Assembly (NCBI GenBank): GCA_030390025.1 | Contig: CM059431.1 | Span: forward strand, 110,424,001-110,488,000 | From: Squalus acanthias | Taxonomy: Eukaryota | Direction: 5' to 3' | Length of the DNA: 64,000 nucleotides | In this document: positions 60,660 to 64,000 of the stretch, piece after piece | How positions within the stretch are numbered: position 1 is the first letter of the stretch | How the letters are laid out: each line of letters starts with the position of its first letter | Program-made: the position numbers and the translations under genes | Notes under the pieces: model-generated | Told to the model about the DNA's origin: nothing | Databases searched by the model: none | The model's input: the letters and a program-made list of their open reading frames with translations, nothing else

Positions 60660-63600
60660 GGCCTCTGTTCGAGTGCGAGTCAGCAGAGAGTGCTGAGTTT
60701 GGGTAAGTGTGAGAGTTCTTTAATTGTTAGTTCTCTTTAAATCGATCTTGATAAGAGTACTTAATCAGTTTAAGTGAAGGGGAAAAGTTAAATATTTGGG
60801 ATTCTGTTGGTTTAAGAAGAGTAAAACAAGGTTACACTGCAGTAGGAGTAAATTGGCACAGCAGGCAGTGGAAACCAGTTTTCTAATCAATCAGCAGGGG
60901 TGACTCATTTGGCTGTAAACAAACAAACAGTATAAAAAGACCAGTGCTAGTGCGAGCAAGCACTAAGTGCGAGTCAGCAGAGAGTGCTGAGTTTGGGTAA
61001 GTGTGAGTTCGGGTGAGTGGGGTGTAGGGTGCTCTTTTCAAACTTTAACTCTGTGGGTTGTAGTTAATAAGGCCTTTCTGGTGCAGAGTGACTGTTGGTA
61101 AACCATTTAACTGGTGTAATTTAGAGGGATTGATTTTCCAATTAATTAGAGGGGATACTAGCATCTATAATCGGGCAGAGAGTGTCCATAACTAACAATA
61201 AATAAAATAATTAATTACATAGAATGGAGCAGGTGATGTGTTACTGTTGCGAGATGTGGGAGCTGGTGGACCCCATTGAGGCTCACGGTGATTACGTCTG
61301 TGACAAGTGTCTGCTGCTACAGGAACTCCAGCTCCGTGTTGATGAGCTGGAGTCTGAGCTTCAGACACTGCGACACATCAGGGAGGGGGAGAAGTACCTG
61401 GACTCTGTGTTTCAGGAGGTGGTCAAACCTATGAAGTTAATTAATTCAGATGTAGCCCATGGTCAGGGACAGGACGGTGTGACTACGAGTGAGGCAGGTA
61501 CGGGGATCCAGGAGGTAGTGTTGGAGGAGCCGCAGCCCTTGCTCTTGTCCAACAGGTTCGAGGTTCTTACTCCCTGTGGGGACAGGAGCAGGGACTGCAG
61601 GGAGGATGAGCAACCTGGCCACAGCACCGTGGAACGGGGGACCATTCAAGAGGGGGGAGTAAATAGAAATGTTGTCGTGGTAGTATTATTAGGGGGATAG
61701 ATAGAGTTCTCCTAAGAGAAGGTCATAGACTTAGGTAGCAGTGGGGAAATTAAAAACCAGAGTGTGTCAGGAAGGGGCAGAAGGTATGGAGTAAAAGGTA
61801 AAGTAATAAAAAGGGCAAAAGCAGGAACTAAGTGTCACAAAACATATTTGAAAGTTCTCTACCTGAATGCACGTAGCATTCGTAACAAAATAGACGAGTT
61901 AATGGCACAAATAACTACATATGGGTATGATCTTGTGGCCATTACAGAAACATGGCTGCAGGGTGACAATGCCTGGGAATTAAACATACCAGGTTATTTA
62001 ACGATCAGGAAGGACAGGCAGGAAGGAAGGGGAGGTGGGGTGGCTATGTTAATAAAGGAAGGAATCACTGTAATACAGAGAAATGATATTGGGTCAAAAG
62101 ATCAGGATAATGAAACAATTTGGGTAGAGATAAGGAATAATAAGGGGAAAAAAACACTAGTGGGCGTAGTCTATAGGCCTCTGAACAGTTGCAACTCTGT
62201 TGGACGGAGTATCAATCAGGAAATAGTTGAGGCTTGTAATAAGGGAACATCTATAATTATGGGGGATTTTAACTATCATATTAATTGGACAAATCAAATT
62301 GGACAGGGCTGCCTTGAGGATGAGTTCATTGAGTGTATTAGGGATGGGTTTCTTGAGCAGTATGTAACTGAACCGACCAGGGGGCAAGTAACCTTAGATC
62401 TGGTCCTGTGTAACGAGACAGGATTAATTAAAAATGTCCTAGTAAAGGATCCCCTTGGAATGAGTGACCATAACATGGTTGAATTCCATATTCAATTAGA
62501 GGGTGAGAAGGTTGGATCTCAAACAAGCGTGCTAAGCTTGAATAAAGGAGACTATGAAGGTATGTGAGCGGAATTGAGTAGAGTGGATTGGGAAAATAGA
62601 TTAAAGGGTAAGACGATACATGATCAGTGGTGTACATTTAAGGAGTTATTTTACAACTTCCAAAAAATATATATTCCACTGAGAAGAAAGGGGTGTAAAA
62701 GAAAAGACAGTCATCCGTGGCTAAGTAAAGAAATTAAGGATAGTATTCGACTAAAAACAAGGGCATTTAAGGTAGCCAAATCTAGTGGGAGGATAGAGGA
62801 TTGGGAAAACTTTAAAAGACAGCAAAAAATAATAAAAAGATTGATTAAGAAAAGGAAGATAGATTATGAACGTAAATTAGCAAAAAATATAAAAACAGAT
62901 AGTAAGAGTTTTTATAGTTATATAAAAAGAAAAAGGGTGGCTAAAGTAAATGTTGGTCCCTTAGAGGACGAGACCGGGAAATTAATGGTGGGTAATATGG
63001 AGATGGCAAATACACTGAATGAATATTTTGTATCAGTCTTTACAGTAGAGAACACTAAGAATATCCCAACACTGGACAAACAGGGGGCTATAGGAGGGGG
63101 GGAGGAGCTAAACACGATGAAAATCACTAAGGAAGTGGTACTTGGTAAAATAATGGGACTCAAGGCGGATAAATCACCTGGACCTGATGGCTTACATCCT
63201 AGGGTCTTGAGGGAAGTGGCGGTAGGGATTGTGGATGCATTGGTAATAATTTTCCAAAACTCCCAGGACTCAGCAAAGATCCCGGCAGACTGGAAAACTG
63301 GTAATGTAACACCCTTATTTAAAAAGGGCAGTAGACAGAAGGCTGGAAACTATAGACCGGTTAGCCTAACATCTGTGGTAGGTAAAATTTTGGAGTCCAT
63401 TATTAAGGAGACAGTAACAGGACATTTGAATAATCATAATTTAATAGGACAAAGTCAGCATGGTTTTATGAAGGGGAAGTCATGTTTGACAAATTTGCTG
63501 GAGTTCTTTGAGGAAGTAACATACAGGGTGTATAAAGGGGAACCAGTGAATGTGGTGTATTTAGACTTCCAAAAGGCATTTGACAAGGTGCCACACAAAA

Positions 63601-64000
63601 GATTATTGCTTAAGATAAAAAATCACGGGATTGGGGGTAATATTCTGGCATGGATAGAGGATTGGCTATCTAACAGAAGGCAGAGAGTTGGGATAAATGG
63701 TTCATTCTCAGACTGGCAATCAGTAACTAGTGGTGTTCCGCAGGGGTCAGTGCTGGGTCCCCAACTCTTTACAATCTATATTAACGATTTGGAGGAGGGG
63801 ACCGAGTGTAACATATCAAAGTTTGCAGATGATACAAAGATGGGAGGGAAAGTAGTGAGTGAGGAGGACATAAAAAATCTGCAAGGGGACATAGACAGGC
63901 TAAGTAAGTGGGCAGAGATTTGGCAGATGGAATACAATACTGGAAAGTGTGAGGTTATGCACTTTGGCAGGAAAAATAGTAGAGCAAGTTATTATCTTAA
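60660..64000 (+). mobile_element. 5'-complete CR1 LINE (5' UTR, truncated ORF1, ORF2 running off the window)
   Basis: Duplicated 5' UTR block (60671, 60966). ORF1 61224-61700 with CYCC..CDKC zinc finger and coiled coil. ORF2 endonuclease (YLNARS, ITETW, GGGVA, MGDFN, SDHN), TGA at 62565, then RT with FADD near 63822. Confidence 0.95.

Overview
Eukaryotic, repeat-saturated DNA, most likely intronic or intergenic sequence from a cartilaginous fish. This is inferred from the HE1-type V-SINE, SacSINE1-like SINEs and the CR1 types present. No host protein-coding gene can be identified with confidence. The window is a nested pile of mobile elements: about 20 CR1-type LINE fragments (one 5'-complete at the right edge), a second LINE family, an L2 tail and tRNA-derived SINEs. 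It also holds many PIF/Harbinger elements and MITEs, several solo LTRs with 4-bp TSDs, a rearranged LTR retroelement with gag, and three Penelope-like 3' ends. Highlights: (1) a full-length Harbinger (49793-54115) with TAA TSD, intact DDE transposase and a convergent three-exon Myb/SANT gene. (2) Minimal hammerhead ribozymes in the Penelope ends, with a compensatory stem-I base change between copies. (3) A tRNA-Leu pseudogene split by a Harbinger whose TAA TSD is exactly the anticodon position. (4) A tandem LTR element sharing one LTR, with a tRNA-Arg-like PBS, gag, PPT and a small splice-acceptor-preceded signal-peptide ORF. All calls are by eye; no database searches were run.
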